A stretch of DNA of 64,000 bases from Eledone cirrhosa (lineage: Eukaryota): NCBI GenBank assembly GCA_964016885.1, contig OZ024740.1, positions 386,508,001 through 386,572,000 of the forward strand. Direction: 5' to 3'. Positions 29,640 through 43,165 of the stretch are shown piece after piece (position 1 is the stretch's first letter; the number at the start of each line of letters is the position of its first letter). A program made the translations under genes and the position numbers. The notes beneath the pieces are model-generated. The model saw nothing but the letters and a program-made list of their open reading frames with translations, was not told the origin of the DNA and did no database searches.

Positions 29640-32325
29640 TTTAATTCTTTTTATTGGATTAGTCCAGAGGATGGGGCTTTTTGAATGTTTATAAGTTGAC
29701 AGGTGCAGGAAATATCATGAGCAGAGGAAGTATTTCAGAGGGTCAACGTTTTATGGGGGTAGAACTGGATATAGTGGATAGTGTAGGAGTTGGGGTGGAG
29801 GGAGAAGGAGAGGTAAGTGAGTCAGGAGAGCCAAAGTTAAGATAGCACAAGATCTACTAGATCTGTGGGACAGAGGCAACTGTAATATTGGTTTTTAAAA
29901 AAAAGCATAGAGGAGATAGCATGTCTGTAAGTCAGAGGTTGGAGCTGTGTTGGTGAGTGAGGTCAGGTCAATTAGTTGGGTGTTTGTAGGTCAGAGGTTA
30001 GAGCTGTGTTGGTGAGTGAGGTCAGGTCAATTAGTTGGGTGTCTGTAAGTCAGAGGTTGGAGCTGTGTTGGTGAGTGAGGTCAGGTCAATTAGTTGGGTG
30101 TTTGTAAGTCAGAGGTTGGAGCTGTGTTGGTGAGTGACATCAGGTCAATTAATTGGGTGTCTGTAAGTCAGAGGTTGGAGCTGTGTTGGTGAGTGAGGTC
30201 AGGTCAATTAGTTGGGTGTTTGTAGGTCAGAGGTTAGAGCTGTGTTGGTGAGTGAGGTCAGGTCAATTAGTTGGGTGTCTGTAAGTCAGAGGTTGGAGCT
30301 GTGTTGGTGAGTGAGGTCAGGTCAATTAGTTGGGTGTTTGTAGGTCAGAGGTTGGAGCTGTGTTGGTGAGTGAGGTCAGGTCAATTAGTTGGGTGTTTGT
30401 AAGTCAGAGGCTGGAACTGTGTTGGTGAGTGAGGTCAGGTCAATTAGTTGGGTGTTTGTAGGTCAGAGGTTAGAGCTGTGTTGGTGAGTGAGGTCAGGTC
30501 AATTAGTTGGGTGTCTGTAAGTCAGAGGCTGGAACTGTGTTGGTGGGGGATGGTGTCTGTAGGTCAGGGGTTAGAGCTGTGTTGGTGGGGGATGGTGTCT
30601 GTAGGTCAGGGGTTAGAGCTGTGTTGGTGCGGGATGGTGTCTGTAGGTCAGGGGTTAGAGCTGTGTTGGTGCGGGATGGTGTCTGTAGGTCAGGGGTTAG
30701 AGCTGTGTTGGTGGGGGATGGTGTCTGTAGGTCAGGGGTTAGAGCTGTGTTGGTGCGGGATGGTGTCTGTAGGTCAGGGGTTAGAGCTGTGTTGGTGCGG
30801 GATGGTGTCTGTAGGTCAGGGGTTAGAGCTGTGTTGGTGCGGGATGGTGTCTGTAGGTCAGGGGTTGGAGCTGTGTTGGTGCGGGATGGTGTCTGTAGGT
30901 CAGAGGTTAGAGCTGTGTTGGTGCGGGATGGTGTCTGTAGGTCAGGGGTTAGAGCTGTGTTGGTGCGGGATGGTGTCTGTAGGTCAGGGGTTAGAGCTGT
31001 GTTGGTGCGGGATGGTGTCTGTAGGTCAGGGGTTAGAGCTGTGTTGGTGGGGGATGGTGTCTGTAGGTCAGGGGTTAGAGCTGTGTTGGTGGGGGATGGT
31101 GTCTGTAGGTCAGGGGTTAGAGCTGTGTTGGTGCGGGATGGTGTCTGTAGGTCAGAGGTTAGAGCTGTGTTGGTGCGGGATGGTGTCTGTAGGTCAGGGG
31201 TTAGAGCTGTGTTGGTGCGGGATGGTGTCTGTAGGTCAGAGGCTGGAACTGTGTTGGTGCGGGATGGTGTCTGTAGGTCAGAGGCTGGAACTGTGTTGGT
31301 GCGGGATGGTGTCTGTAGGTCAGGGGTTAGAGCTGTGTTGGTGCGGGATGGTGTCTGTAGGTCAGGGGTTAGAGCTGTGTTGGTGCGGGATGGTGTCTGT
31401 AGGTCAGAGGCTGGAACTGTGTTGGTGCGGGATGGTGTCTGTAGGTCAGAGGCTGGAACTGTGTTGGTGCGGGATGGTGTCTGTAGGTCAGGGGTTAGAG
31501 CTGTGTTGGTGCGGGATGGTGTCTGTAGGTCAGGGGTTAGAGCTGTGTTGGTGGGGGATGGTGTCTGTAGGTCAGGGGTTAGAGCTGTGTTGGTGCGGGA
31601 TGGTGTCTGTAGGTCAGGGGTTAGAGCTGTGTTGGTGGGGGATGGTGTCTGTAGGTCAGGGGTTAGAACTGTGTTGGTGCGGGATGGTGTCTGTAGGTCA
31701 GGGGTTAGAGCTGTGTTGGTGCGGGATGGTGTCTGTAGGTCAGAGGCTGGAACTGTGTTGGTGCGGGATGGTGTCTGTAGGTCAGGGGTTAGAGCTGTGT
31801 TGGTGCGGGATGGTGTCTGTAGGTCAGGGGTTAGAGCTGTGTTGATGCGGGATGGTGTCTGTAGGTCAGAGGCTGGAACTGTGTTGGTGCGGGATGGTGT
31901 CTGTAGGTCAGGGGTTAGAACTGTGTTGGTGCGGGATGGTGTCTGTAGGTCAGGGGTTAGAGCTGTGTTGGTGCGGGATGGTGTCTGTAGGTCAGGGGTT
32001 AGAGCTGTGTTGGTGCGGGATGGTGTCTGTAGGTCAGGGGTTAGAGCTGTGTTGGTGGGGGATGGTGTCTGTAGGTCAGGGGTTAGAGCTGTGTTGGTGC
32101 GGGATGGTGTCTGTAGGTCAGAGGTTAGAGCTGTGTTGGTGCGGGATGGTGTCTGTAGGTCAGAGGTTAGAGCTGTGTTGGTGCGGGATGGTGTCTGTAG
32201 GTCAGAGGTTAGAGCTGTGTTGGTGCGGGATGGTGTCTGTAGGTCAGAGGTTAGAGCTGTGTTGGTGAGTGACATCACACCAATTAGATGGGTGGCTTTT
32301 CTTTGGAGGTAGTCTATTGACATTT
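29640..32325 (-). mobile_element. Old CR1/Jockey-like LINE 3' fragment hosting the minisatellite
   Basis: Minus-strand translation IDYLQRKATHLIG..SLTNT before the array, and LQPLTYRHAISSMLF..IFPAPVNL*TFK after it, resemble LINE RT C-terminal motifs. Confidence 0.6.
29922..32272. repeat. Bipartite minisatellite: ~10 x 59-bp units, then ~41 x 42-bp units
   Basis: GTCAGAGGTT recurs at 29931, 29990 and 30049 (period 59). From about 30540 the unit is GTCAGGGGTTAGAGCTGTGTTGGTGCGGGATGGTGTCTGTAG (42 bp). Confidence 0.97.
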
Positions 32326-33104
32326 ACAACATGGTGATTTAGTTATGTGTAAATAATTTCAAAATTCTAAAGGGCAGAAGGAAGATTAGCAATCAATTAC
32401 ACTAATGTATGCATTTTATTTTAACAGTCAAATAACAATTTGTGTAACAGCCTTTTGGTTTTCAAGATTTTCTATTATAGCCATGAAATTTCCAATACAG
32501 CAAAAGTCGATTTACTGGTTCACTTTGTCTTTTTAATATACATCTTTTAAAATGGCTTCTATTGTACGTTTCTAAAAAAAAAAATAAATAAATAAAGATC
32601 AAAATTGTAATAACAGCTAAGAAACAATTGTTTTAAACAAAAGCTTTACTGAAAAAACAAACAAAAATATTTAAACAGCATTTGTCTAACTTTTCAAATA
32701 TTTCCTTCCAGAACTAAAAGATAGGTTATTAAATATATTATTTCCAGTGAAATTACAATGGTAAATTAGTTAGGCAAAGAAACACATTCTGACAGTAAAG
32801 AACAGTAGATAATACATAATTTCAGTTTATGTCATGAAAATATATTTAAAAAAATCTTGTCAATTTTAAGAAATATCTTGTTGGTATGTAGTTTGAAATA
32901 ATGATTTCTTATTATAGGAAAGCACTAAACCTCAGCTCTATAATAGATGAGAATAGGAAATTATGATATTCATGCGATTCTTAAAGACCAGTAAGAAAAA
33001 GAACATAAAAATTAATTTATCTCCCAAAGTTTTATCTCTGTATCAGTGGACACCTGAATGTCTGCATTGTTTTTCTCTCTAATTATTTTCATTAACAAAT
33101 TTAT

Positions 33105-33340
33105 TATTATAATAATAATAATAATAATGAAATTATTGTGTACAGTGCTCAGGTGCACTACAACTCATCAAAGGTGCATGTATAGTACATAGAATAATGT
33201 ACAAATGTCAGGAAAATAAACAGTGTATGAGTCATGATACAATAACAATAATGAAATATTGTGTACAGTGCCCAGGTGCACCACAACTCATCAAAAAAGT
33301 GCATGTACAGTACATAGGGCAATGCACAAACATCAGTAAA
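33105..33340 (-). mobile_element. Two tandem 3'-UTR fragments of the same CR1/L2-like LINE
   Basis: Reverse complement of 19480-19603, present twice, with an (AAT)n tail. Confidence 0.85.
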
Positions 33341-33829
33341 ATTATGGAAGATGGCAGCTGTATATTCTAATAATAACAATTTATAATGATGCTGATGATG
33401 TTAGTTCTCATTGCATAATCTGTTGATTCTCAATACATAAAAGTCAACAAGGTAAAAACTAGAATTCTAATTAATATCAGAGAAATTCCAGTGTCATCTT
33501 GGAATGTAGTAATGAAGAAGGCCTTTGGTTATAACTGACCATGAGTTTGCACCTGCAAAGTTCTACTCCAAAGTACAAGCCTGGACAAGGTGTTTTGTGG
33601 AAGACTAACAGTCATCCATAAACACCTATCTCCCTTCTCCATGCCACTGATATTGTCCAAGGGAAAGGCAAAACCAATACAGCTAGGCACAGGTGTTGGT
33701 GCAACTAATTTTTTCCAACTGAATGGACTAGATCAATGTGATATCATCATCATCATTTCATTTTACGTCCGCTTTTTCCCTGCTTGCAATATATATATAT
33801 ACACATGATAATGATGAAGATGAAAGCAG

Positions 33830-33958
33830 AACAAAACAAGGTTTTACATTGAGGTTTTTACTGATTGAGCTCAGTTATGAATGTTTCACAGATGAGTGAC
33901 TCAAGATCAATAACTGAGCCTAATCAATAAAAACCTCAAAGTTAAACCTTGTTTTGTT
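33830..33958. repeat. Imperfect inverted repeat (~48-bp arms)
   Basis: AACAAAACAAGGTTT..GCTCAGTTA / TAACTGAGC..AAACCTTGTTTTGTT. Confidence 0.85.
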
Positions 33959-34056
33959 ATTCTTAATATATGCATTCTGCTATGGCATTGAGCGCTAACA
34001 TTGTTACCTTCCTAAGTAAACCACAAATCTACTGAATCCTCTATAAAAAAATATAT

Positions 34057-35185
34057 ATGCATAGTGGTTTGTGTAACTTTTTGTAGTGCAAAGCAGTTTA
34101 GGGCAAGGTAAGAAGAGTAAACTATAGGGAATTGAGAAGGAGAAGCTAGAATATAATAAAATACAATAAATTAGATAAAACAGTATACATTTTGTGTTGT
34201 GTTGTTCATTTATGTGAAGGAAGAGGTTAAATAGATGAGTCTATGAGAGTTAATATATTAGAGTTAGAAATAGGATAAGAATTAGTGTTAGTATAGTTAC
34301 TGTGAATGGTTATGTGGCTCCAGTCTATGAGCCTTGTTTTGGGGTTAGTATTTTTCATGTGATAGTGCTTTCAGATTATAATCATTCATCAGTTTATATT
34401 ATTTTATATTATTTCTGACTTGGCAAATCTGATACCCATGTATAGGTGCTTCCATATGTCCAGACCACTTTGATGGTTTAGGGTAGGCACCAACTGCCTA
34501 ATAAAATATGCCTCTGCTATTAAGTTAACCGCATCTTTTAGCTCCAGAAGAATTTTTGTGGTTATTCTTCTTCCACATATTTCTTTGTGTTGAAACAGTG
34601 TGTTCGGAGGCGTTACCTTTTCAAAATGCTTGAGTCTTCGGTAATGCAGTTGGTGTTTCGTGGAATTGATGTAGTTGGTTCCATACACACAGTTTAGCTC
34701 ATACACTACATGGTCTCAAGGCATATTAGTTTTGTATTGTTAATTCTTGTGGTAGTGTATTCACTGACAGGACATCTCCAGTGGCAGCAAGCATTTTCTT
34801 CAATGCTCTGCATGATGTGTTGTCACAACGTCCTTCCATGCCTTGTTACTTGCACTAGGAGACCTGATCAAGTGAAAAATACTAATCCAGCAACAAAATT
34901 CATAGACTGTAGCCTTATGACCATTTATGGTGACTATATCAACACTAATCATATTTCTAACTCTAACCTTAATATTAACTCTCACAGACTCATCTTTCTA
35001 ACCTCTTCATTCTCATAAACAAACAATAAAACACAAAATGTATACCGTTTTTTTTAAACAAGTTTTATCTCATTTATTGTATTTTATTATATCCTAGCTT
35101 CTTCCTCTTAGCTCCCTATAGCTTACTGATCTTACCTTGCCCTGAACTATATGCACTACAAACAATTACACAACCCCACTATACA
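34057..35185 (-). mobile_element. Penelope-like element 3' fragment: GIY-YIG endonuclease remnant between inverted pseudo-LTR copies
   Basis: ORF 34404-34706 (YELNCVYGTNYINSTKHQLHYRRLKHF...LIAEAYFIRQLVPTLN) resembles the PLE GIY-YIG domain. It is flanked by diverged ~310-bp inverted repeats at 34057-34365 and 34866-35185. Confidence 0.8.
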
Positions 35186-35259
35186 TACAAATGCTCGAGA
35201 TACACCAACACATGATATAATATATATATACATATAATATAATATAATATAAGGACCCC

Positions 35260-37600
35260 ACAGCCAGTTATAAATTTAAAAGCATATTACTTGAGGCTTT
35301 TGACAGTAAGGAAGAGCAATTAGAATCGTACAATATAGAGGAACAGTGGGAATTCCTGAAAGCTAACCTGTTGAAGGCGACAGATGAAATCTGTGGCTGG
35401 AGCAGATCTATAGGCAGGAGGAGAGTAACTTGGTGGTGGAGTAGTCGATCAAGGCCAAAAAGCAGGCTTGGAAAGTATGGCGGGATGGTGGAAGTAGAGA
35501 AGACTATCAAGTGGCCAGGAGGGAAGCTAGGAGACGAGTGTACTTCACAAGAAGGGAAGCAGAGGAAAGAAAGGTCAAGCATGTTCTCCAATGCAAGGAC
35601 CAAAAACGTGAGGTGTTCAGAATTGCTAGGCAATGTGTCAAGGAAAACCGTGATATTGTCGGGGAGAAGTGTGTCCGTAATGATGATGGTGTACATGCCA
35701 TCACTGACACTGATAACAAGGTAGCTTGGAAGTGTCACTACAAAAGGCTACTAAATGAGGAGAATAAATGGGAGAAAGACAGTCTCCCCCACATCGATCC
35801 AATAGAGGGACCAGCAGTGCAGGTTGAAGGTAGTATAATAAGTAAGGCAATCAAAGATATGAAGACGGGCAATGCGGCTGGGCCTTCGGAAATAGTTGCT
35901 GAAATGCTGAAAGCATCTGGGACAGTGGGACACACTATGGTCACTCGGATAGTAAACCAAGTCATACAGAATGGGGTCGTACCAAAGGACTGGCGTAGCA
36001 GCATCATCATTAACTGCTACAAGGGTAAAGGAGATGCCCTAGATAGGGGAAACTATAGAGGCATTAAACTAATTGACCAGGTCATGAAGGTCACAGAAAA
36101 AGTAATAGCGCAACTAATCAGAAAGCGAATTGATCTAGATGAAATGCAGTTCGGGGTTGTGTCAGGTAAAAGTACCACAGATGCTCTTTTCATTGTACAA
36201 CAACTACAGGAGAAGTACCTAGCCCCCTTCAGGCTATAACAGAGGAGTTCAAGACCGGCTGCCCATGGGAACTTCTATACACAGATGATCTAACACTCAT
36301 AGCCAAATCAATGGCTGAACTAGAGAAGAAATTCCAAACATGGAAGCATGGCCTAGAATCAAAAGGCCTTAAAATTAACTTGTCTAAGACTAAAGTTCTA
36401 ATATGTAAGAAGGAAAATAGGGCACTGGTCCCATCTGGGAAATGGTCATGCTCAGTGTGTAGGAAAGGAGTAGGCAGAAACTCCATTTTATGTTCCAAAT
36501 GCAAAGTATGGGTGCATAAAAGATGTAGTGGGATCACAGGTAAGCTAACTAAGAATATAGATTTTATATGTGGCCGGTGCTCAGGTGCAATAAATAGCAG
36601 CAAATGCCCACAGAATACTAGCTCATTCCATTGCCCAGATGGTTCTATAGAAATAGTGGACACCTTCCATTACCTGGGTGACAAAATCAGCAGTGGTGGA
36701 GGGTGCTCTGAAAGTACAGTAGCTAGAGTCAGAACGGGATGGAAAAAGTTTAGAGAGCTTATACCACTATTGGCCGCTAAAGGTTTCTCTCTAAAAATGA
36801 AAGGCAGGCTGTATGATGCCTGCATACGAACAGCAATGTTACATGGCAGTGAGACATCGGCCTTGTGTGCAGAGGATATACGCAGACTGGAGAGGAACGA
36901 AGCTTGCATGCTCCGTTGGCTGTGTAATAGTAATATACGCGAACGGCAAAGCATAAACGAACTAAGGGAAAAATTAGGAATAAGAGGGATCAGATGCTGT
37001 TTACTCGAGAGAAGACTACGTTGGTATGGTCACGTGATGTGCATGAAAGACGATAGCTGTATAAAAATGTGCAGGGCGATAAAAATAGATGGTAGCCACG
37101 GAGTAGGCAGACCCAGAAAAACCTGGGTCGATTTGATAAATTCCAACCTCACACACTTACACCTCTCCAAGACAATGTCACTGGACCAAGATCTTTGGCG
37201 CTATGCAGTAATATAGAAGACCCGCCTTACCTAAGTACAAAGCGAAACCTACAGTCAGTAGGCACCTCCTAACCAAAATACACCCCCGTCCCACTACCTT
37301 ACCCCACCCCTTTCAATGTAAAGTTATGTTGGTACCACAACATCCAGTCCTAAATAAATGAGGTTGTGTAGGTGTCACAACAAAAAAAACACACAGTCCA
37401 CGCTGTAATGTGGCCGTGTAGGTAACACGGTAAAAACCTACCAGTCCACACTGTAAACGTGGTTGGTGTTAGGAAGGGCATCCTGCCGTAGAAAACCCAC
37501 CAGACAGTCCTATACGAGCAGGACAACCAATCTTGCCTCAAGTGGGACAATTCCCGTCCAGACCCATGCTAGCGTAGAAGATGGACGATGATGATGATGA
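35260..37600 (+). mobile_element. RTE-clade LINE, 5'-truncated, with an internal RT deletion
   Basis: ORFs 35511-36239 (KGKGDALDRGNYRGIKL..QFG..STTDALF..QEKYLA) and 36311-37216, then a 3' UTR and (GAT)n tail. Confidence 0.93.
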
Positions 37601-38440
37601 ATATATACATATATATATTATATATATCCATGTATATTACATATATATATATAGAGAGAGAGAGAGCAAGAGCATTATTGACAGTACCCAGTTTTTTGTC
37701 ACTGTTGCTTTGCAATAATTTAACGTATGCATTGCTCTTAAATGATCCATTGAGCATGTTGTAAGCAATGCGATCAAAACCTTGTATATCGATCTTAATC
37801 CTTATTATAATTAACTCCCGCCCAATTTTTTTAAAGTATTGGTCGACTGCTTTCATTGGCAAAAGTGGTGTTTCTATCTTTAGCCCTATTGCTATGCCTC
37901 AGGCAGCTTGCTACTGATGCTGTCTGCTTGATAGTAAGCTTAAATCTAACATGAGGAATACCAATATTGACTTGAAATTTTAGTAGTAAGGTTGGTATTT
38001 TGGGATTCCTCTCATGGACTTGCTTGCTGATGAGGGCTAATAGTCTAGAATATGTTGATTGTTAGTTTACAATTAATCAATGATTAGCCCAAAACAGTAA
38101 AGTACAAGTCTTTCGAAAATTATATGTACTCTAGCAGCTTTCTATGAAAAACAATACAGATACTGATTTATTGAAATGATTGATATTGTGAGTACTTTAA
38201 TATTTTCCTATGTTAAGCTGTTGAATCAATTTTTTTCTGCTTTCCTGCAAAGGTTCTTGTCCGGGACTGTTGCTTTGCAATCATTTAACATATGCATCAC
38301 TCTGGAATGATCAATTGAGCATGTTGTAAGCAATGAGATTGAAATCTTCGTATATTTATTTAAATCCTTATCATATATATATCATCATTTTATCTGTCTA
38401 ATTTATGCAAGGATGGATTAGACAGGTAAAATGATAATCA

Positions 38441-38548
<108 letters not shown>

Positions 38549-39089
38549 AGTTTTCTGGTATGAATGACAGCATTTTAGAAAAAATTCCCCTCCCTTTTTT
38601 TATATGTGTGTTATATAAACTTTAAATAAAAATTTTAGGTTGTTTTTGACAGTGTAACATTCATGTGACAGACAGACAAAAAAGCTCTACAGTTATTATA
38701 ATGTAGAATATCATATCAATGGTGCTGGATGGCAGCATTGGCAGCATTCTTCTATGTGCCATTTTTCAAGTTTCCATCCGGCTGGTGGACTTAGCCTTCT
38801 TTCCAGTGTTGATAAAATAAATTACCAACAAAATAATGGGATTGATTAAATCAACAAAATCCAACACCTAAATTCAAACCATTCTTTTATTCTTTTACTG
38901 TTTTTAATCATTTGACAGCAGTTATGCTAGGACATTATCTTGAAGGAATTTTTAGTTGATCATATCAACTTTTTTTTTTTAAAGTCTGGTACATATTTTA
39001 ATGATTGTTTTTTTTTTATGTTTAACAAGATACAAACAAAGTGTTAACATAAACACAGACATGAACATGTACACATATATAAATCACCA

Positions 39090-39750
39090 TCATAATTGTT
39101 TTACATCAGCTTTTCCATGCTTGCATGAGCTGGATGAGTCTTTACCAGCACAGCATCCTTCCACTCATTTTGGCCCTTCATCATCTCCTCTGTGAGCTTC
39201 AGTGATTTGAGATCAGCTTTCACAACCTGTGCCCAGCTCTTTCTTGGTCTCCTTCAACTGCAGCTTTCTTCCAATGGGATTACTTGGCACTTTTACACCC
39301 AATGATCATCATCTCATATGCTTCTCATATCCATACCAATGTGCAGTCTTCTTTCCTGTACACTATAACTGATAACTCTTATACCCACCTTTTCTCTCAT
39401 CTCATTCATTGGATTATGCTTATTTCATTTCCTGCTAGCCTTTGCATTCGCTACCCATATCTCACTACATCACACACAGGCATCATACAGCCAGCTTTTT
39501 GTTTACAGAGAGAAAGCTTTTGTTGTTAAAATAGGTAGTAATTCCTTAAACTTTTTCCATCCTGTTCTTATTCTAACTATTATGCTCACAATAACCTCTT
39601 CCATTGCTAATTAAATCACCTAGTAGAAGCTATCAACCACTTCTATGGATTCTTCCTGGGATTAGAAAAAGTTTATTTCACTGATGCTCTTACCACCAAC
39701 TACCCCTGTGCATCTGCCACATATAAAGTCTACCTTTTTTGTTAGTCTGC
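39090..39750 (-). mobile_element. Degenerate RTE-clade LINE 3' fragment
   Basis: Nucleotide similarity to 4700-5600, for example ttccttaaactttttccatcctgttcttattctaactat. Confidence 0.75.
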
Positions 39751-40004
39751 ATGCATGTATGTATGTATGTACACACACACACACACACGTATATACTCAG
39801 GCACAAGGGGCTTCTGCAGTTTCTGTCTATTAAATTTTATTTACAAAGCAATCAATCTGGGGGTATAGTAAACAACACATAACCAACATACTATGCAGTA
39901 GGACTGAACCTCAAACCGCATGGGTGCCAAGTAAACTCCTTACCCATACAGCCATGTCTATGACTATTGTCACAATATTAGAAATCATTATGTCAGAAAG
40001 ACAC

Positions 40005-40252
40005 CAAGTTCTTTTGATACCAAACTGCCCTTAGTTCTATAATAAAAAGCTGTATATTTAAAGTGTTTACGTTATAAAATCTTTCATCAAAATTCTATGC
40101 AAGACCATTGTTAAATTATATTTCAGACACCAGCTTAATAGGGATAAAATTAGTTATAATACTTAATCCCTCAAAATTCTTGATAATTTTCAAAATGATT
40201 TGAACACCATAAGCAGTGTATTTCATGAGAAATATAGTAATGAAAGGTTTAA
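40005..40252. mobile_element. Second, older TTAA-type MITE family (related copies near 12278-14597, 16920-17034, 20820-21080, 25790-26330)
   Basis: Shared ends cttttgataccaaactgcc / gtaatgaaagg(g)ttaa and shared internal sequence. Confidence 0.55.
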
Positions 40253-40939
40253 GGTAGTAGAGTACAGATCATAAGGTTGTAAGTTCAAACCAATAGAAAT
40301 ATGTGTTATTTAGGAGTATATAATAATATTTATATATTATGACATCTGATGAATTTTCCTTAGAATCTAACTAATAATTGTTTGTGGAAACTAACGCATA
40401 TTCACAGAACTGTAAATATCTTCCACGATTTTTTGGTGGCTTTTGATGTTTATAGGCATTTTTATGCACCACACCCAATATTCACGGTGTTTCACTCTTT
40501 GCAGGTGTTCTAGGAATGTAACACCCTACAAATACTGGGGGGACAACTGTACTCTTCTATTTTGGGCACTTGACAAAATAGTTTTCAATTGTTACTTTTA
40601 GTTGATTGGTTAGTAGTAGGAAAATACACCCAACTCTAAAAATACTTAACTCTTTTGATACCAAACTGCTCCTAGTTCTACGATACAAAACTGTTTAAGT
40701 GTTTATTTTTATCTAAGCATTTTATTCAATGTTCTAACAACTCATGTAGAAGTATATTGTGATATATCTCTGTTTTTTTAATCTATGAATAGATTTGTAA
40801 ACCTTACACAATATATTTTGTAAACCTTGCACAATATATTTTCATGAACATAATACAATCAATGTTTTGTCTGACTTCATTACTTTGTTGGTTACAACTG
40901 AGACTAAACTTGTAAAGACATATATATATATAACTATAC

Positions 40940-41230
40940 AATCATTGGGTCTTGGGTTCAATCCCACTGCGTGGCTTTTTGGACAAGTGTCATTTACCAT
41001 AATTTCAAATTGACCCATGCTTTGTGAGTGAAATTGGGTAGGCGGAAACTGTTTGGAAGCCTGTCAGATGGACTGTACCTGTAATTCAAAGGGCCAACCT
41101 TGTTCCACACTATCATGCTGAATCCCTGAGAACTACGTTAAGGATGATTATGTCTGTGGAATGTTAATTTCATGCACATGCTGTTCTGTTGATCGAACAA
41201 CTGGAACACTCATTGTTGAAACCAACAGAG
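40940..41230 (+). mobile_element. Second tRNA-derived SINE family
   Basis: B-box GGTTCAATCCC followed by actgcgtggc..ggacaagtgtc; related fragments at 2325-2460, 3380-3500 and 41850-42015. Confidence 0.65.
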
Positions 41231-43133
41231 GAGGTTCATTTCATTTATATATATATGTGTGTGTGAGAGTACGTGCACACATATATACATGTGTTTGTGT
41301 GTGTGGGAACACACTTAGGCACTTATGAAATTAATGACTCTCAAAAGACTAGTTCTGTTTCTTTTTCCTAACATGTATACCACCATCATTTTATGTCCAT
41401 TTTTCCATACAGACATGAATTGGATAGGTCATTACAAATTGAATCAGTACTTACCTGGGAGTTATTGTCCTCCTAGACAGGTTGGATGACCTTGTCTTGC
41501 TCAAATATGTTCTATTTTGGCATGCTTACTATGGCTGGATATATATATATATTAGTGCTGACTGTAAAATGATTGGTGTTAGGAAGGGTATTCAGTGATA
41601 AAAACCATGCCAAAAATGGAATGCATAAAGAATTCATTGTCTCCTGACTAATCTAACCCATGCTAGAAATGTAAATGGATTTAAGACACATATACATACT
41701 AATGTTTGTCCATTGAATTTAATGATATCCATCTTCTTCAATTGTGGTTCCTTTAATAACTGTACGTCTTATATAGCAGAAGAATGGGTGCAACTGCATG
41801 GCAACCAAATGTTTCTGGACCTCCGTCATTTCTAATGATGAATATTCCAGGTGATCCAATCAATGAAACAGCCTGCTCATGAAAATAATATGCAAGTTGT
41901 TGAACATTTTACAGACATGTGCACCCTTAAAATAATTATCAGGGAGATTTAGTGTGACACAGTGGGTGACAAGGCTGGTTCAATAAATTACAGGTACAAA
42001 TCATTTTTGCCAGCTGCATAGATGATATAACAAAATTTAGGCTCCCCCCTTCCATCACTATCTATTCCCCTCTCAGTCCACCTATTTTTCTCCCCATATA
42101 CTTGATCTTACCCCTCTCACCATAGTCTCCCACTCATTCACATCCCTGACTCCTCCTCCCCTATCCTACCCTTGCCAGAATGGAAAGACAGATGTCTCTC
42201 CACTGTACCTGCAGACACTGTTTGCTCACTATATTTCTCCCCACAACCTAACACTCATCCTCATAACTCACCACACCACCTAAATTCCTTTCTCTTTACC
42301 TAACCATGTCATGGAAAGCAAAGCACACCCCACGATACTGCCCAGCCAATACTACCAGATGTCACTCTCTTGTCTGAAAGGCACTCTTCTCTCCAAGGGC
42401 TGCCAACAGGTAGCTCTCCATCACTGTCCTTCCAGCCTGGCTGAGGATACAAGCACCCTAATTTTGAACTATGGTAGTGTTGGTTCCACAATGAATGAAA
42501 TGTGTTCAGTCCACACCTGAAAGTGGTAGTGCTGCTGCCACAAGAAAATGGTACATGCTATGAAGTGGTTGGTGTTAGGCTCTTATGAAATTAATAACTC
42601 TCAAAAGACTAGTTCTGTTTCCTAACATGTATACATATATAACATCATCATTTTATGCCCATGTTTTCATGATGGAATGGGTTGGATAGGTCATTACAAA
42701 TCAAATCTGTATGTACCTGGAGTTATTGTCCTCCAAGACAGGTTAGGTGACCATGTCTTGCTCAAATGTTCTATTTTGGCATGCCATAGAAACCATGCGA
42801 AAATGGAATATATGAACAAGACACAGTCAGCTGACCTGTCTAACTCAAAAGGTGACAATCTATCTCGCTCATGCAAGCTTGAAAAATAGATGCTAAATGA
42901 TGATGATGATATATATATCATCCTCATCCTCATTTAATATCTACTTTTCCTGCTAGCAAGGATTGGATGATTCGTCATAGACCAAATTAGTATTTAATTG
43001 GCGCTACTGACTTGTCTGAGAGCCTGCAGCTCCCATATGTTCCCACACTCTTCCGAGAATACTGGGTATGTTTATCATGGCCCTTCTTGGACAAGCCAGG
43101 GATCCACATTTTATTTGCATACATTCTTACAGT

Positions 43134-43165
<32 letters not shown>

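Noticed and set aside
29922-32272. CRISPR-like regular repeat
   Set aside because: Head-to-tail units with no unique spacers, no cas genes, and a eukaryotic context.
30448-32323. ORFs of 465-606 aa on both strands
   Set aside because: They arise from a stop-free 42-bp tandem unit derived from a LINE, and there is no evidence of a real gene.
33865-33920. Minus-strand GAAAC inside the 33830-33958 inverted repeat as a hammerhead
   Set aside because: No acceptable CUGANGA or UUGANAA core in the right position.
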